From an uncultured Candidatus Rokubacteria bacterium (GTDB lineage: Bacteria; Methylomirabilota; Methylomirabilia; Rokubacteriales; DASRDR01): 64,000 nucleotides of DNA. The notes below the pieces were generated by a model. The model was not told the DNA's origin. It searched no databases and was given only the letters and a program-made list of their open reading frames with translations. The DNA is taken from NCBI GenBank assembly GCA_963805625.1, contig CAWDVE010000013.1:576001-640000 (forward strand), written 5' to 3'. Below, one piece after another: positions 9,236 to 18,972 of the stretch (positions are counted from its first letter, which is position 1; each line of letters begins with the position of its first letter). A program made the translations under genes and the position numbers.

Positions 9236-11362
9236 TCAGTCGGCGAGGACGACCTGGTCGCGGCCCTCGCGCTTGGCACGGTAGAGCGCGGCGTCGGCGG
9301 CCCGGAGGAGCGCGCTGCCCACCCCGCCGTGTTCCGGGAACGCGGCCACGCCCATCGAGCAGCGCACCGGCTCGAGGGGCCGGCCCTCGTGGGTCACCCG
9401 GAGCCCGCGAATCGCCTCGCGGATCTCCTCGGCCCGGCGCTGCGCGTCCACGAGCGACGCCGCCGGCAGGATGAGCACGAACTCCTCGCCGCCGTACCGG
9501 CACGCGACGTCTCCCGCCCGCGACGCGCTGCGGAGGAGCGCGCCGAGGCTCGACAGGATGATGTCGCCCGCTTCGTGGCCGAAGCTGTCGTTGAAATGCT
9601 TGAACCGGTCGATGTCGAGGAGGATCAGGGACAGCGGCCGATGCTCGCGCTCCGCTCGGCTCAGCTCCCGATCGAGCGTCTCCTCCATGTACCGGCGGTT
9701 GAACAGCCCGGTCAGCGGGTCGCGGATCGACTGGCCCTGCAGGGTCTCCCGCAGTCGGACGTTCGCCAGGGCGAGCGCGAACTGCTCCGCCACGGTCACG
9801 GCGAGGCGCACCCGGGCCTCGCCCAGGCCTCCCTCGACCGGCACGCCCGGGGGCACGGCGAGGGTGAAGAGGCCGAGCGTCTCACCCTGAGCCGCCAGCG
9901 GCACGCAGACGAACGCCGGCGGCGTGGGCTCGCCGAGGTGGAGACACGCCGGGCTCGCCTGGCCGTCGTCCACCCGGTAGACCCGGCCCCGGCGGAGAGC
10001 CCAGCAATCGTCGAGCTGGAACCGCTCCCGCCCGCCCGCGAGCGGCGGGCCCCAGACCGCGACGGCCCACAACCCGTCGCGCGAGGCGGGCGTCACCAGG
10101 ATCGCCCCCGACGCGTCCGGGAAGAGCCGGCCGCAGAGCTGACCCATTATGCCGTGCGCCTCGTCCGGGGTCGCGCAGGCCTGGAGGAGCTCGCTCAGCT
10201 GCCGCAGGAGCTCGACCTCCCGCGTCCGCTCCGCGACCAGCGTGTCGACGCGCCCGGCGAGGGAGTGCCGCGCCTCCCGCTCGGCGCTCACCATGGCGCT
10301 CACGCGCGCGGCCATCCCGTTCAGCCCACGCGCGAGCGCGCCGATCTCGTCCCCGCCCGCCACCTCCGCGCGCGCCTCCAGGTCGCCCGCAGCCAGCCGG
10401 CCAGCCGCGTCGGCCAGGAGCTTGAGCCGGCGGAGGACGATCCACTCGCTGCCGAGCCACGCGGCCGCGATCGCCACCACCGCGACGAGCCCCAGCCCGA
10501 GGAGGTTCCGCACGAACGCCCGGTCGGCGGCGGCGAACGCCGCCTCTCGCGGGAGCGACACGCTCAGGTACGCGCGCCGAGTCCCGGCCGGCCCGGGAAC
10601 GGGGGCAAACCCGAGCAGCCGCACCACGCCGTCGGCGCCGGCCACCTCGGCCGTGCCCTCCCCCTTCTCGGCCACGGCCGCCGACACCACCCCGGCCTCG
10701 GGAAGACGCTGGCCCACCCAGCGCCAGGGATCCGGATGCCGCGCCAGGATCGTGCCGCTGTCGTCCGAGAGGGCGACCGCCCAGTCCGCCGGCAAGTCGA
10801 CCGCGGCGAAGCGCCCCACCCACCCGAGATCGAGCGCTGCGAACACGACGAACTGCGTCCCGCCGCCCGGATACGGCACCGGAAGCGCGGCGACGAGCTG
10901 CGGCTTTCGCGTGGCGAGATCGAGCTCGTGGTCTCCCGTGGCAAACGCCTGGGTGCGGACGGCCCGATCGAACCACGGCCGGTCCGTCACGTTGAGCGGC
11001 CGGGACAGCGGCACGGCGCTGCACCTGACCTCGCCGCCCGCTCCTGCGACGCCGAGGGTCGTCATGTCGGGGAATTCCCGGAGGAGCGCCGCGTAGCGGA
11101 CACCACACGCCGTCGAGTTGCCCGCGCGGGTCTCGGGCTGCGCCGCCAGGGTCACGAGAAGCCGCCGCGCCTCCCCCAGCCGCTGCTCGTGCGCCCGGAC
11201 GAGGCCCCCGGCGAAGCGGAGCGCGGCCTCGCGCCCCTCCTGGGCGGCCTGCCGCCGTTGCGCGACGTGGGTGTAGAGGGCCAGCCCAAGGGTCGGGAGG
11301 GCGGCCAGCACGATCAAGGCCACCAGGCGCTCTCGGAGGCTCCCGAATCGCATCGACACCAT
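9236..11362 (-). CDS. Membrane diguanylate cyclase (Cache-HAMP-GAF-GGDEF)
   Basis: Two TM helices around a Cache-like domain; HAMP 'DEIGALARGLNGM'; 'DPLTGLFNRR..DIDRFKHFNDSFGHEAGD..RAGD.ACRYGGEEF' (active site plus RxxD I-site). Confidence 0.93.
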   Translation of the reverse strand: MVSMRFGSLRERLVALIVLAALPTLGLALYTHVAQRRQAAQEGREAALRFAGGLVRAHEQRLGEARRLLVTLAAQPETRAGNSTACGVRYAALLREFPDMTTLGVAGAGGEVRCSAVPLSRPLNVTDRPWFDRAVRTQAFATGDHELDLATRKPQLVAALPVPYPGGGTQFVVFAALDLGWVGRFAAVDLPADWAVALSDDSGTILARHPDPWRWVGQRLPEAGVVSAAVAEKGEGTAEVAGADGVVRLLGFAPVPGPAGTRRAYLSVSLPREAAFAAADRAFVRNLLGLGLVAVVAIAAAWLGSEWIVLRRLKLLADAAGRLAAGDLEARAEVAGGDEIGALARGLNGMAARVSAMVSAEREARHSLAGRVDTLVAERTREVELLRQLSELLQACATPDEAHGIMGQLCGRLFPDASGAILVTPASRDGLWAVAVWGPPLAGGRERFQLDDCWALRRGRVYRVDDGQASPACLHLGEPTPPAFVCVPLAAQGETLGLFTLAVPPGVPVEGGLGEARVRLAVTVAEQFALALANVRLRETLQGQSIRDPLTGLFNRRYMEETLDRELSRAEREHRPLSLILLDIDRFKHFNDSFGHEAGDIILSSLGALLRSASRAGDVACRYGGEEFVLILPAASLVDAQRRAEEIREAIRGLRVTHEGRPLEPVRCSMGVAAFPEHGGVGSALLRAADAALYRAKREGRDQVVLAD

Positions 11363-11406
11363 TGTCGCCGGCGGGGTTCTCTCCTTTCTCTATCACGACT
11401 CCCGGG

Positions 11407-11412
11407 TACAAT
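11407..11412 (+). promoter_or_regulatory. -10 box TACAAT of a probable leaderless promoter
   Basis: TACAAT lies 7 nt before the GTG at 11420, with no SD. Confidence 0.55.
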
Positions 11413-11419
11413 CTAGCCC

Positions 11420-13045
11420 GTGCGCCCGCCCCGGGACGCCCTGCTTCTCCTCGCGCTCGCGGGGCTCCTCCTCCTCGTCGGCCTGGGAGCCGTGGCGCTC
11501 ACGGACCGCGACGAGGGCGCCAATGCCGAGGCGGCCCGCGAGATGCTGGAGGCGCGCTCCTGGATCACGCCCACCCTCGGCGGGGTGCCGCGCTTCGCCA
11601 AGCCCGCGCTCGTCTACTGGCTCACGGCAGGGGCGTACGCGGTCCTGGGAGTGGGCGAGACGGCGGCGCGCCTCCCGTCGGCCGTCGCGGCGCTCCTCCT
11701 CGTGCTGGTCCAGTACGCCTTCGCCCGCTGGGTCTTCGGGAGGGACGTGGCCTGGCGCGCCGCGCTGGTGCTGCTCCTCTCCGTCGAGTACGTCGCGATC
11801 GGCCGGATGGCGCTCACCGACGCGACGCTCGCGCTCTGGACGACCGTCGCGGGCTACGCGTTCCTCCGGGGGTGGTGGGGAGGCGCACCACGCGGCCCCT
11901 GGTACGCGGTCGCCTGGATCGCCGCCGGTCTCGCGGCGCTCGCCAAGGGGCCGGTGGGGCTCCTGATCCCGCTCGGCGGGGTGGTCGCCTACCTCCTGCT
12001 CGCGAGTGGCCTCGGTCAGGCGTGGCGGGAGGCGTGGCCCCTCCGCGGGCTGGGGCTCTTCCTCCTGGTCGCCGGACCGTGGTACGCCGCCATGTTCTGG
12101 CTCCACGGCTGGGACTACGCCGCGCGAGCCCGGGGCGAGACCCTCGGCCGCGTGCTCCGGCCCGTGACCGGGCCGGGCGGGACGGCGCTCTTCTACGTCC
12201 CGGTGCTGCTGCTGGGCTTCTTCCCCTGGAGCGCATTCCTGCCGGAGGCCGTCGTCGCGGGGCTCCGGCAGGCGCGCGTGCGGGCCCGACGCACCCGGCA
12301 GGAGGCGGTGACTGTCTTCGCCGGCGTCTGGTTGCTCGCGGGCCTGGCGCTCTTCTCGGTGGCCCAGACCCGGCTCCCCCACTACGTCCTCCCGCTGTTT
12401 CCCGCGGCCGCCCTCCTCGTCGCGGCGTCCTGGCCGGCGCGGCCCTCGCGCCTGTCCCGGAGCCTCCTCGGCGGGACCGGTGTCGCCGTGGGCGCGCTCC
12501 TGGCCGGGGCGTGGCTCGCGTCGGACCAGCTCGTGCGCCTCCTCGCCCCCGCGTACCCCGCGGCCGCCGGCGCGCGCCTGCCCGCGAGCGCCCTCCTCGT
12601 CGCGGTCCTGGTCGCGGGCGCCGGCGGGGTGGCGCTCGTGCGCGATGGCGCCCGTCTCTTCACGACGCTCGCCGCGCTGAGCGTGCTCGTGCTCGCGATC
12701 GGCTTTCAGGTCGCGCTCCCGGCCTTCAGCCGGGACTTCGTCGCGCCCGCCGGCGAGCTCGCGGCCCGGGCTGCCCGCGCCGCGGGGCCGTGCGACACGC
12801 TCGCCGCGGCCGGCCCGTACCGGCCGAGCCTCCTCTTCTACGCGCGGCGGCCCGTCGAGTTCCTGGGCCGGCAGGGCGACGCCCGCCTCGGGGAGCTCGG
12901 GACACGCCCCGGACGGCTCTTCGTCATCGCGCCGGCCGCGCTCGTGCGGACGCTCCCGGGCGCCGCGGCGCTCTCCGTCCTGGAGACGCGGGGCGGCTAC
13001 GTCCTCCTGGCGAGCGACGCGGCGGCGCGCGGATGCGTCGCGTGA
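11420..13045 (+). CDS. ArnT-like (GT83/PMT_2) lipid glycosyltransferase
   Basis: 'DRDEGANAEAAREML..SWITPTL.G.PRFAKPALVYW', 'AARLPSA', 'LAKGPVG', 'LPHYVLPLFP'. Confidence 0.9.
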   Translation: MRPPRDALLLLALAGLLLLVGLGAVALTDRDEGANAEAAREMLEARSWITPTLGGVPRFAKPALVYWLTAGAYAVLGVGETAARLPSAVAALLLVLVQYAFARWVFGRDVAWRAALVLLLSVEYVAIGRMALTDATLALWTTVAGYAFLRGWWGGAPRGPWYAVAWIAAGLAALAKGPVGLLIPLGGVVAYLLLASGLGQAWREAWPLRGLGLFLLVAGPWYAAMFWLHGWDYAARARGETLGRVLRPVTGPGGTALFYVPVLLLGFFPWSAFLPEAVVAGLRQARVRARRTRQEAVTVFAGVWLLAGLALFSVAQTRLPHYVLPLFPAAALLVAASWPARPSRLSRSLLGGTGVAVGALLAGAWLASDQLVRLLAPAYPAAAGARLPASALLVAVLVAGAGGVALVRDGARLFTTLAALSVLVLAIGFQVALPAFSRDFVAPAGELAARAARAAGPCDTLAAAGPYRPSLLFYARRPVEFLGRQGDARLGELGTRPGRLFVIAPAALVRTLPGAAALSVLETRGGYVLLASDAAARGCVA

Positions 13046-14745
13046 GCGGCCGCGGGCGCCTCGGTCCCGTGCTGCTCGTCCTCGCGCTCGGCGCGGTCCT
13101 CTACCTGCCCGGGCTCGGGCGCGAGATCCTGCGCCACCCGCTGGAGGCGAAGTACGCGCTGGCCGCGCGCGAGATGGTTCGCGGGGGGCCGTGGCTGGTG
13201 GCCCACCTCTTCGGCGAGATCTATCCCGACAAGCCGCCGCTCTTCTTCTGGGCCGCCGCGGCCGTGGCCGAGCTGCGGGGCGGACGCCTCGACGAGGTGT
13301 CGGCCCGGCTGCCCGCGGCCCTGGGCGGCCTCGCGAGCCTCGTCTTCACGCTGGCGCTCGGCGCGGCGCTCTTCGGCGCGCGAGCGGGCCTGCTCGGCGC
13401 CGCCGTCCTGGCCACGAGCGGCCTCTTCTTCTGGTACGCGCGGCAGGGGCACCCCGACCAGTTCCTGATCGCGGGGGTGACGCTCGCGTGCCTCGGCCTC
13501 TGGCGGAGCTTCACCACCGCGCGGGGACCGCGCCGCACCGCCTGGATCGCGCTCGCATACGCGGCGATGGCGCTCGCCGTGTTGAGCAAGGGACTCCTCG
13601 GGCTCGTCCTCCCCCTGCTCGCGGGTCTTCTCTACCTCGCCCTGACCGGGCCGCTCCGGGTGGTGCCCCGGCGGGTCGGGCTCTGGCCCGGCCTTCCCGT
13701 CTTCGTCGCGGTCGTGCTCGGCTGGTACGGCCCTGCCGTCTCACGCCACGGCCTCGGTTACCTTCGCGAGACGATCGTGCACCAGCAGGTCGAGCGATAC
13801 GCCCGGAGCTGGGTGCACCACGGCCCGTGGTACCAGTACTTCGCCGACTTCACGACCGGGTTCCTGCCGTGGAGCCTGTTCATGCCGGGCGCCGTCGCCC
13901 TGGCGTGGGCGGCCTGGCGCGGCGCGAAGGACCGCCTGCGAGAGGCGCGCGCGGCGGACGCCCCGGACGGCCAGGCACCGGCGCCGTTCCTGTTCCCGCT
14001 CTGCTGGTTCGTGGCGGGGTTCGTGTTCTTCAGCCTGTCCACCGGCAAGCGCGCCGCCTATCTCCTCCCGCTCTATCCCGCGGCGGCGCTGCTCGTCGGC
14101 TGGATGTGGGCGCAGGCGATCGCGGAGGGACGGCGCTCGCGCTGGCTCGCGGTGCCGGTCGCGCTCCTCGCGGGCGTCGCCGCCCTCCTCGCGGGGGCCG
14201 CAGCCATCCAGGCGCTGGGCGTCCTCGTCCTGCCGCGGCGCCTCATCCCCGGCCGCATGGTGGACACGCTGGTGCCCGCCGATCCCGCGTGGCAGGTCGT
14301 GGCCGCCGTGGTGCTGCTCGCCGGGGGCGCGGCGGTCTGGCTGACGTGGCGGCGCGGCCGTCCCGGGGCGACGTTCGTCGCGATCGTCGCGGCGGCCGCG
14401 GTCTGCCTCCTCGGCGTCACGCTCGTCCGCGCGCCCCAGTACGAGGCGCGATACCCGGCGCGCGCGCTGGCCGCGCGCATCGCCCTTCACGTGCCCCCGG
14501 GTGAGCCCGTGCTCTCGCTCCTCGGCGACTACGACTTCCTGGTGGCCTTCTACCTCGACCGCCCCATCGCGCCCTTGCCGGGTCCCTCCGAGCTCCTGGC
14601 GGCCCGTCGCGCGGCCCCGCGCCTGGCCCTCCTCGACAACAACGACCGGGCGCTCCTCACCGAGCCGGGCGTCACAATCCTCACCGAAGGACGCCTAGGT
14701 CCGAAGCGCATCGTCCTCGTCCGGCTCGACCGGCACCCCGGCTGA
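13042..14745 (+). CDS. Second ArnT-like (GT83/PMT_2) glycosyltransferase
   Basis: GTGA overlap at 13042; 'EAKYALAAREMV', 'YPDKPPLFFW', 'SARLPAA', 'LSKGLLG', 'GKRAAYLLPLYPA'. Confidence 0.9.
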   Translation: MSGRGRLGPVLLVLALGAVLYLPGLGREILRHPLEAKYALAAREMVRGGPWLVAHLFGEIYPDKPPLFFWAAAAVAELRGGRLDEVSARLPAALGGLASLVFTLALGAALFGARAGLLGAAVLATSGLFFWYARQGHPDQFLIAGVTLACLGLWRSFTTARGPRRTAWIALAYAAMALAVLSKGLLGLVLPLLAGLLYLALTGPLRVVPRRVGLWPGLPVFVAVVLGWYGPAVSRHGLGYLRETIVHQQVERYARSWVHHGPWYQYFADFTTGFLPWSLFMPGAVALAWAAWRGAKDRLREARAADAPDGQAPAPFLFPLCWFVAGFVFFSLSTGKRAAYLLPLYPAAALLVGWMWAQAIAEGRRSRWLAVPVALLAGVAALLAGAAAIQALGVLVLPRRLIPGRMVDTLVPADPAWQVVAAVVLLAGGAAVWLTWRRGRPGATFVAIVAAAAVCLLGVTLVRAPQYEARYPARALAARIALHVPPGEPVLSLLGDYDFLVAFYLDRPIAPLPGPSELLAARRAAPRLALLDNNDRALLTEPGVTILTEGRLGPKRIVLVRLDRHPG

Positions 14746-14778
14746 CGACCGCGGCCCGCGCGTGAGAAGTGCTCTCCA

Positions 14779-15074
14779 TCAAGACCGACGCTGCCACCTT
14801 CGCGGGTCTCGCTTGGCGTGCATGCACGCGACCACGACGATCGTGTCTCCGTAGCTACGATAGAAGAGACCATAGGGGAAGCGCCGCGGAATCAGAGCGC
14901 GGCGAGTGCTCCGGTGGATGACGGCGAACGCCTCTGGCTGCGTCACCACGCGGTCAAGCGCCAACCCGAGCGCCACAAGAACTCGTCGCCCAACCCCGGC
15001 CGCTGCTGCTCGTACCACTCGTACGCGGCCTCGATCTCAGCGGCAGCCGCAGGCCGGACAACGACGTGCTTCAC
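14779..15074 (-). CDS. RelE/ParE-family toxin with a 1-nt deletion near 14975
   Basis: The GTG at 15074 overlaps the antitoxin stop and gives 'MKHVVVRPAAAAEIEAAYEWYEQQRPGLGDEFL'; after the shift, 'VALGLALDRV...RRFPYGLFYR...VVVACMHAKRDPRRWQRR'. Confidence 0.85.
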
Positions 15075-15292
15075 CGACTCCGACTGCGGATCCGGCTCAG
15101 CACCTCGTCCCAAGGGATCCCGACGGGGCCGTCATGCTCAAGCTCGTCCAAGCGCCGGTCGAGTTCCGCACGCTGGGCATGCGTCAATGGTACAGCCTCG
15201 GGTCGGGACGCTAGGCTGTCCCAGAGTTGTTCCAACAAGGTCAGCCGTTCGTCGGGAGTCAGTGCTGCGATGTCAAGACCTCGTTCGCTCAT
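15071..15292 (-). CDS. Addiction module antitoxin (TIGR02574-like)
   Basis: 'LTPDERLTLLEQLWDSL...LTHAQRAELDRRL...IPWDEV'; TATACT -10 box 6 nt upstream. Confidence 0.88.
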   Translation of the reverse strand: MSERGLDIAALTPDERLTLLEQLWDSLASRPEAVPLTHAQRAELDRRLDELEHDGPVGIPWDEVLSRIRSRSR

Positions 15293-15479
15293 GCCGCAAG
15301 TATAGCCTCTTCGCGCGCGAGCTGGTTTCTGCTCCGCCGAAAGATCTCTCGCTCGCGCTCCTCGACCTGCCGCCGACGTTCCCGCTCGGCAAACTCCCGC
15401 AGCGCGGCCGAACGAGCGCCGAGCGCGGCCGGCGGGGAGACGCCCCTGAGGTTTTCATCCCGAGCAGGGTTCCCGGCGC

Positions 15480-16733
15480 TCAGCCGAGCCCGCCGGCGAG
15501 CCGGCGGCTCTCGGGCCGGAGGCGAAGCCAGATCGTCGAGATGAGGCCGATCGCCCCGCCGGCCCCGAGGAGGCAGTAGGCCCACCCCCACTCCGTGTAG
15601 GGTGGGCCGGGATTCGTCGCGTCGAGCACCTTGCCGAACGCCCACTGGGCGACCGCGCCGGCCCCGAACCCGAGGAGCGACCGCAGCGCCAGCGCCGAGC
15701 CGAGCACCGACGGCGCGACCGTCTCGGTCAGCGCCACCGAGAGCACGGGTGAGTCGCCCACCGAGCTGAACCCGTACACGAGCCCCACGAGCAGCAAGAA
15801 CCAGAACGGCGCCGCCACCAGCCACCCGAAGGTCATGGAGCACACGGTGCTCACCGCCAGCATCGCGATGATCACCGTCGTCCGGCCGAACCGGTCCGAG
15901 AGGTGGCCGGCGGTGGAGGACGCGACGAACCCCGTGAGGTGGAAGAGCGCGCCCAGCCGGGCGCCGCCCCCCGTCGCCCGCGCGAGGTCCTGGCCCTGGA
16001 GCATGAGGGACGCCGACAGGAACGCCGGCGTCCACGCCCACATGCCGAGCAGCTCCCACGAGTGGCAGGTGTACCCGGCGGTCAGGAGGAGCGCCGCGGG
16101 ATTGCGGAGGAACTCCGCGGCGAACCCCTGGCCGGCGCCGCGTGGATGGACCCGGTTCGGCATGCCCCACACGGTCCAGACCGCGGCGACCGCGCCGAGG
16201 ACGGGGCCGAGCGAGGCCACCAGCAGCGCCGCCCGCCATCCGAACCGGGCGAGCACGGCGCCGGTGATGAACAGGGAGCCCGCGTAGCCGATGGAGGTCG
16301 CGGCGAGGAAGAACCCGGTCGCCCGGCCGCGCTTGGCGGCCGGGAACCGCTCGGCGATGAGGATCAGCCCCGGCGTGTAGTTGCCGCCCATCGACAAGGC
16401 GGTGAGGCCGTAGAGCAAGGCGGCCGAGCCCGGGCTGTCCGCGAGGAGCGCGAACGCGAGCGCCATGGGAGCCCCGGCGACGCTCGACCAGAGGAAGGCC
16501 GGGCGCGCGCCGACCCGGTCCGAGAGGAGGTTGAAGCCCACGAGCGAGCACGCGTAGCCGATCTGGAAGGCCGAGCCGACCGCGCCGGCCGCGGCGGCCG
16601 ACATCTGCCACTCGCGCTGCAGCACCGGGAGGACCGCGGCGTAGCTCGTGAAGACCAGGGCGACCAGGAAGCGCGACAGGCAGAGGCCCGTCAGCCAGGC
16701 CGTGTCGCTGCGCCGGTAGCCTTCAGGGCTCAC
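15480..16733 (-). CDS. MFS transporter
   Basis: Motif A-like 'LSDRVGAR' and 'HLSDRFGR'; 'GYTCHSWELLGMWAW'; about 12 hydrophobic segments; GTG start at 16733. Confidence 0.9.
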   Translation of the reverse strand: MSPEGYRRSDTAWLTGLCLSRFLVALVFTSYAAVLPVLQREWQMSAAAAGAVGSAFQIGYACSLVGFNLLSDRVGARPAFLWSSVAGAPMALAFALLADSPGSAALLYGLTALSMGGNYTPGLILIAERFPAAKRGRATGFFLAATSIGYAGSLFITGAVLARFGWRAALLVASLGPVLGAVAAVWTVWGMPNRVHPRGAGQGFAAEFLRNPAALLLTAGYTCHSWELLGMWAWTPAFLSASLMLQGQDLARATGGGARLGALFHLTGFVASSTAGHLSDRFGRTTVIIAMLAVSTVCSMTFGWLVAAPFWFLLLVGLVYGFSSVGDSPVLSVALTETVAPSVLGSALALRSLLGFGAGAVAQWAFGKVLDATNPGPPYTEWGWAYCLLGAGGAIGLISTIWLRLRPESRRLAGGLG

Positions 16734-16997
16734 GCCCCGCCCCCGGCCCAGCCCTGCGGTCTCGCCGCAACCTGCTGCGGGTCCCGACGGCGGCAGATCG
16801 TCACGAGTTCCGGAGTCGCCAAGCCGCCGCGGGTCCTGCCGGTTCGCCCCGGTCGCGCCTCGGCGCCGTCCCCCGTACATCATCTCGGGCTTCTCGGCGC
16901 GCCGGGGCCCTCACCGGTGCCACCCGCGACGGGCTGGCGATCACACCGGATCCGCGGCGGCCGGCAGGGCAGCGCCGCCGTGTGGGGAGGGGCGGCA

Positions 16998-17765
16998 CTA
17001 GCGCGTGGGCGCGCGCGGCTGGAGCGGGATGATGCCGCCGTCGACGAGGATCGTCGTCCCGGTCGTGGCGCGCGCCTCGGCGGCGAGGAAGAGCGCCGCC
17101 TCGCCGCAGTCCTCCGGCGTCGGCAGATCCGGCGTGGTGACCTCGTGGCGCCCGGCCTCGAACACGCTCGGCGGCCACCCCACGAAGTCGGTCTCCACGA
17201 GACCCGGGGCGATCGCGTTGACGCGGATCGCCGGCCCGAGCGCGCGGGCGAGCGATCGGGTCATCGAGTCGACCGCCGCCTTCGACGCGGCGTAGGCGAG
17301 CGAGGAGCCCTTGCCGCTGAACGCGGCCACCGACGTGATGTTGATGATGACGCCTCGCCCCTGGGCGCGCATGACGGGCGCGGCGTGCTTGATGCAATAC
17401 CAGACGCCCATCACGTTGGTGTCGAGCACCTTGCGCCAGATCTCGTCGGTGAGCGCCTCGAGATTCCCGTGCGACACCGGCGTCGTCCAGCCGGCGTTGT
17501 TCACGAGCACGTCGAGCCGCCCGGACGCCCGCACCGCCTCGTCGACCAGGCGCTTGCAGTCGGCCTCGCGGCGCACGTCGGCCTGGACGGCGAGCGCGTG
17601 GCCCCCGCCCTGGCGGATCTCGCGGACCGTCGCCTCGGCCTTGTCCTTGGATTTCTGGTAGTTGACGACGACCGAGGCGCCTTCCCGCGCGAAGGCGAGC
17701 GAGATACCTCGGCCGATGCCCGTGCCGCCGCCGGTCACGAGCGCCACCTGTCCCTTGAGCCTCAC
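16998..17765 (-). CDS. SDR family NAD(P)-dependent oxidoreductase
   Basis: TGGGTGIG, NNAG, YAASK, 'RVNAIAPG'; GTG at 17765 with a GAGG RBS. Confidence 0.93.
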   Translation of the reverse strand: MRLKGQVALVTGGGTGIGRGISLAFAREGASVVVNYQKSKDKAEATVREIRQGGGHALAVQADVRREADCKRLVDEAVRASGRLDVLVNNAGWTTPVSHGNLEALTDEIWRKVLDTNVMGVWYCIKHAAPVMRAQGRGVIINITSVAAFSGKGSSLAYAASKAAVDSMTRSLARALGPAIRVNAIAPGLVETDFVGWPPSVFEAGRHEVTTPDLPTPEDCGEAALFLAAEARATTGTTILVDGGIIPLQPRAPTR

Positions 17766-17787
17766 GCGCGAGTCCTCCTCGGATGGG

Positions 17788-18543
17788 TCAGCGGCCGGGC
17801 TGCACGATGAGCGGCGCGCCCTGGCCCGGCCCGGGGGCGATCGCCAGTCCCACGGCACTCTCCTGGTACGGGATGCCGCGCTCCGCGAGCCGCCGGGCCA
17901 GCGCCGGCAGGTCTCCGGTCCGGAGCCGCAGCGCCGTGAACGTCGGCTTGGGGTAGCCTCCGCCCAGCGGGCTCAGCTGGATCATGAGCCCGGCCAGACT
18001 CAGCTGGACGACCGAGCCGTCCTCCGGCGCGAAGCCCCGGGTCATCCCGAACAGGTCCTGCAGGCGCTGGGCTGCCGCGCCCACGTCGGCGACCTTCCCA
18101 TGGACCGCCGCGAGCGCGAGCGGCGTCTCGGGCAGAGGGGCTTCCGCCGACGGCGTCGCCAGCTCCACCAGGAGCTTCTCGCAGGAGCGCGGGTGGACGA
18201 AGGCGACCTTGCCGGCGAGACCCTGGCGCGGCTTCCCGTCGATCATGTCGACCCCGGTCCCGAGGAACCGCCGCACCTCGCGCACGACGTCGTCCGACTC
18301 GAAGCAGACATGGTGCAGGCCTTCGCCGCGGCCGGCCAGGAAGCGCGCGACCCCCGAGTCGGGCGTCGTCGGCGCCAGCACTTCCACCTCTCCCGGGCCG
18401 CAAGCCAGGAGCGCCGCCCGGACACCCTCCTCGGGCAGATCGGCGGAGCGGAGAAGGGGGAGCTCGAGCGTGTCGCGCCAGAAGGCGAGCCCGGCGTCCA
18501 GGTCCTGGACGACGACGGCGACGTGGTGGATGCGGGTGATCAC
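17788..18543 (-). CDS. VOC family protein (methylmalonyl-CoA epimerase-like) with a second VOC-like C-terminal domain
   Basis: 'RIHHVAVVV', 'VARFLAGRGEGLHHVCFESDD', 'AFVHPRSC..LLVEL'. Confidence 0.82.
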   Translation of the reverse strand: MITRIHHVAVVVQDLDAGLAFWRDTLELPLLRSADLPEEGVRAALLACGPGEVEVLAPTTPDSGVARFLAGRGEGLHHVCFESDDVVREVRRFLGTGVDMIDGKPRQGLAGKVAFVHPRSCEKLLVELATPSAEAPLPETPLALAAVHGKVADVGAAAQRLQDLFGMTRGFAPEDGSVVQLSLAGLMIQLSPLGGGYPKPTFTALRLRTGDLPALARRLAERGIPYQESAVGLAIAPGPGQGAPLIVQPGR

Positions 18544-18693
18544 CGCCCCTCACCCTACCCTACGCCCCCGGGAATGCAAAGAGGCCCGGGGCCCGGCCAC
18601 GATTCATGAACCCTCCGGGAGGGAGGCCTCCGTCGATGTCGAGGCGATGAGGACACGAGCCCTGGCGCCGTGCGCTACGCCTGCCGTGTGAAA

Positions 18694-18705
18694 CATGTTA
18701 ACATG
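18694..18705. promoter_or_regulatory. Palindromic operator CATGTTAACATG overlapping the -10 box of the vapBC operon
   Basis: Perfect 12-bp palindrome; TAACAT (18699-18704) lies 7 nt before the ATG at 18712. Confidence 0.7.
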
Positions 18706-18711
18706 CCGCCC

Positions 18712-18966
18712 ATGAAGACGATGACGGTGCGAGATATTCGCTTGAAGTGGCCGGAGGCGGAACGCGCGCTGGCGCGAGAGGGCGAGATCATCGTCACCCG
18801 GGACTCGAAGCCAATCGCACGCATCCTGCCCTACGAGGCCTCTCCGCGTGCCCGTCGCGTCCGCTTCGATCCTGACGCGCAATTACGCTGGCTCGGCCGG
18901 TTCTGGCGCAACCGCCCGCCAGGCCCGTCCACGGACGAGCTGCTCCGCCGCGACCGGGAGGCGTAG
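18712..18966 (+). CDS. Phd/YefM-family antitoxin
   Basis: 'MKTMTVRDIR...GEIIVTRDSKPIARILP', directly upstream of a PIN toxin. Confidence 0.82.
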   Translation: MKTMTVRDIRLKWPEAERALAREGEIIVTRDSKPIARILPYEASPRARRVRFDPDAQLRWLGRFWRNRPPGPSTDELLRRDREA

Positions 18967-18972
18967 CGTCCG

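Noticed and set aside
11362-14745. 1127-aa ORF
   Set aside because: The N-terminal half is Arg/Gly/Pro-rich shadow of the first ArnT gene; the real gene starts at the GTGA overlap at 13042.
14779-15074. Inactivated toxin or programmed frameshift in the RelE/ParE gene (likewise the 7615 shift in the dehydrogenase)
   Set aside because: There is no slippery sequence, and single indels are frequent in this assembly, so error cannot be distinguished from biology here.
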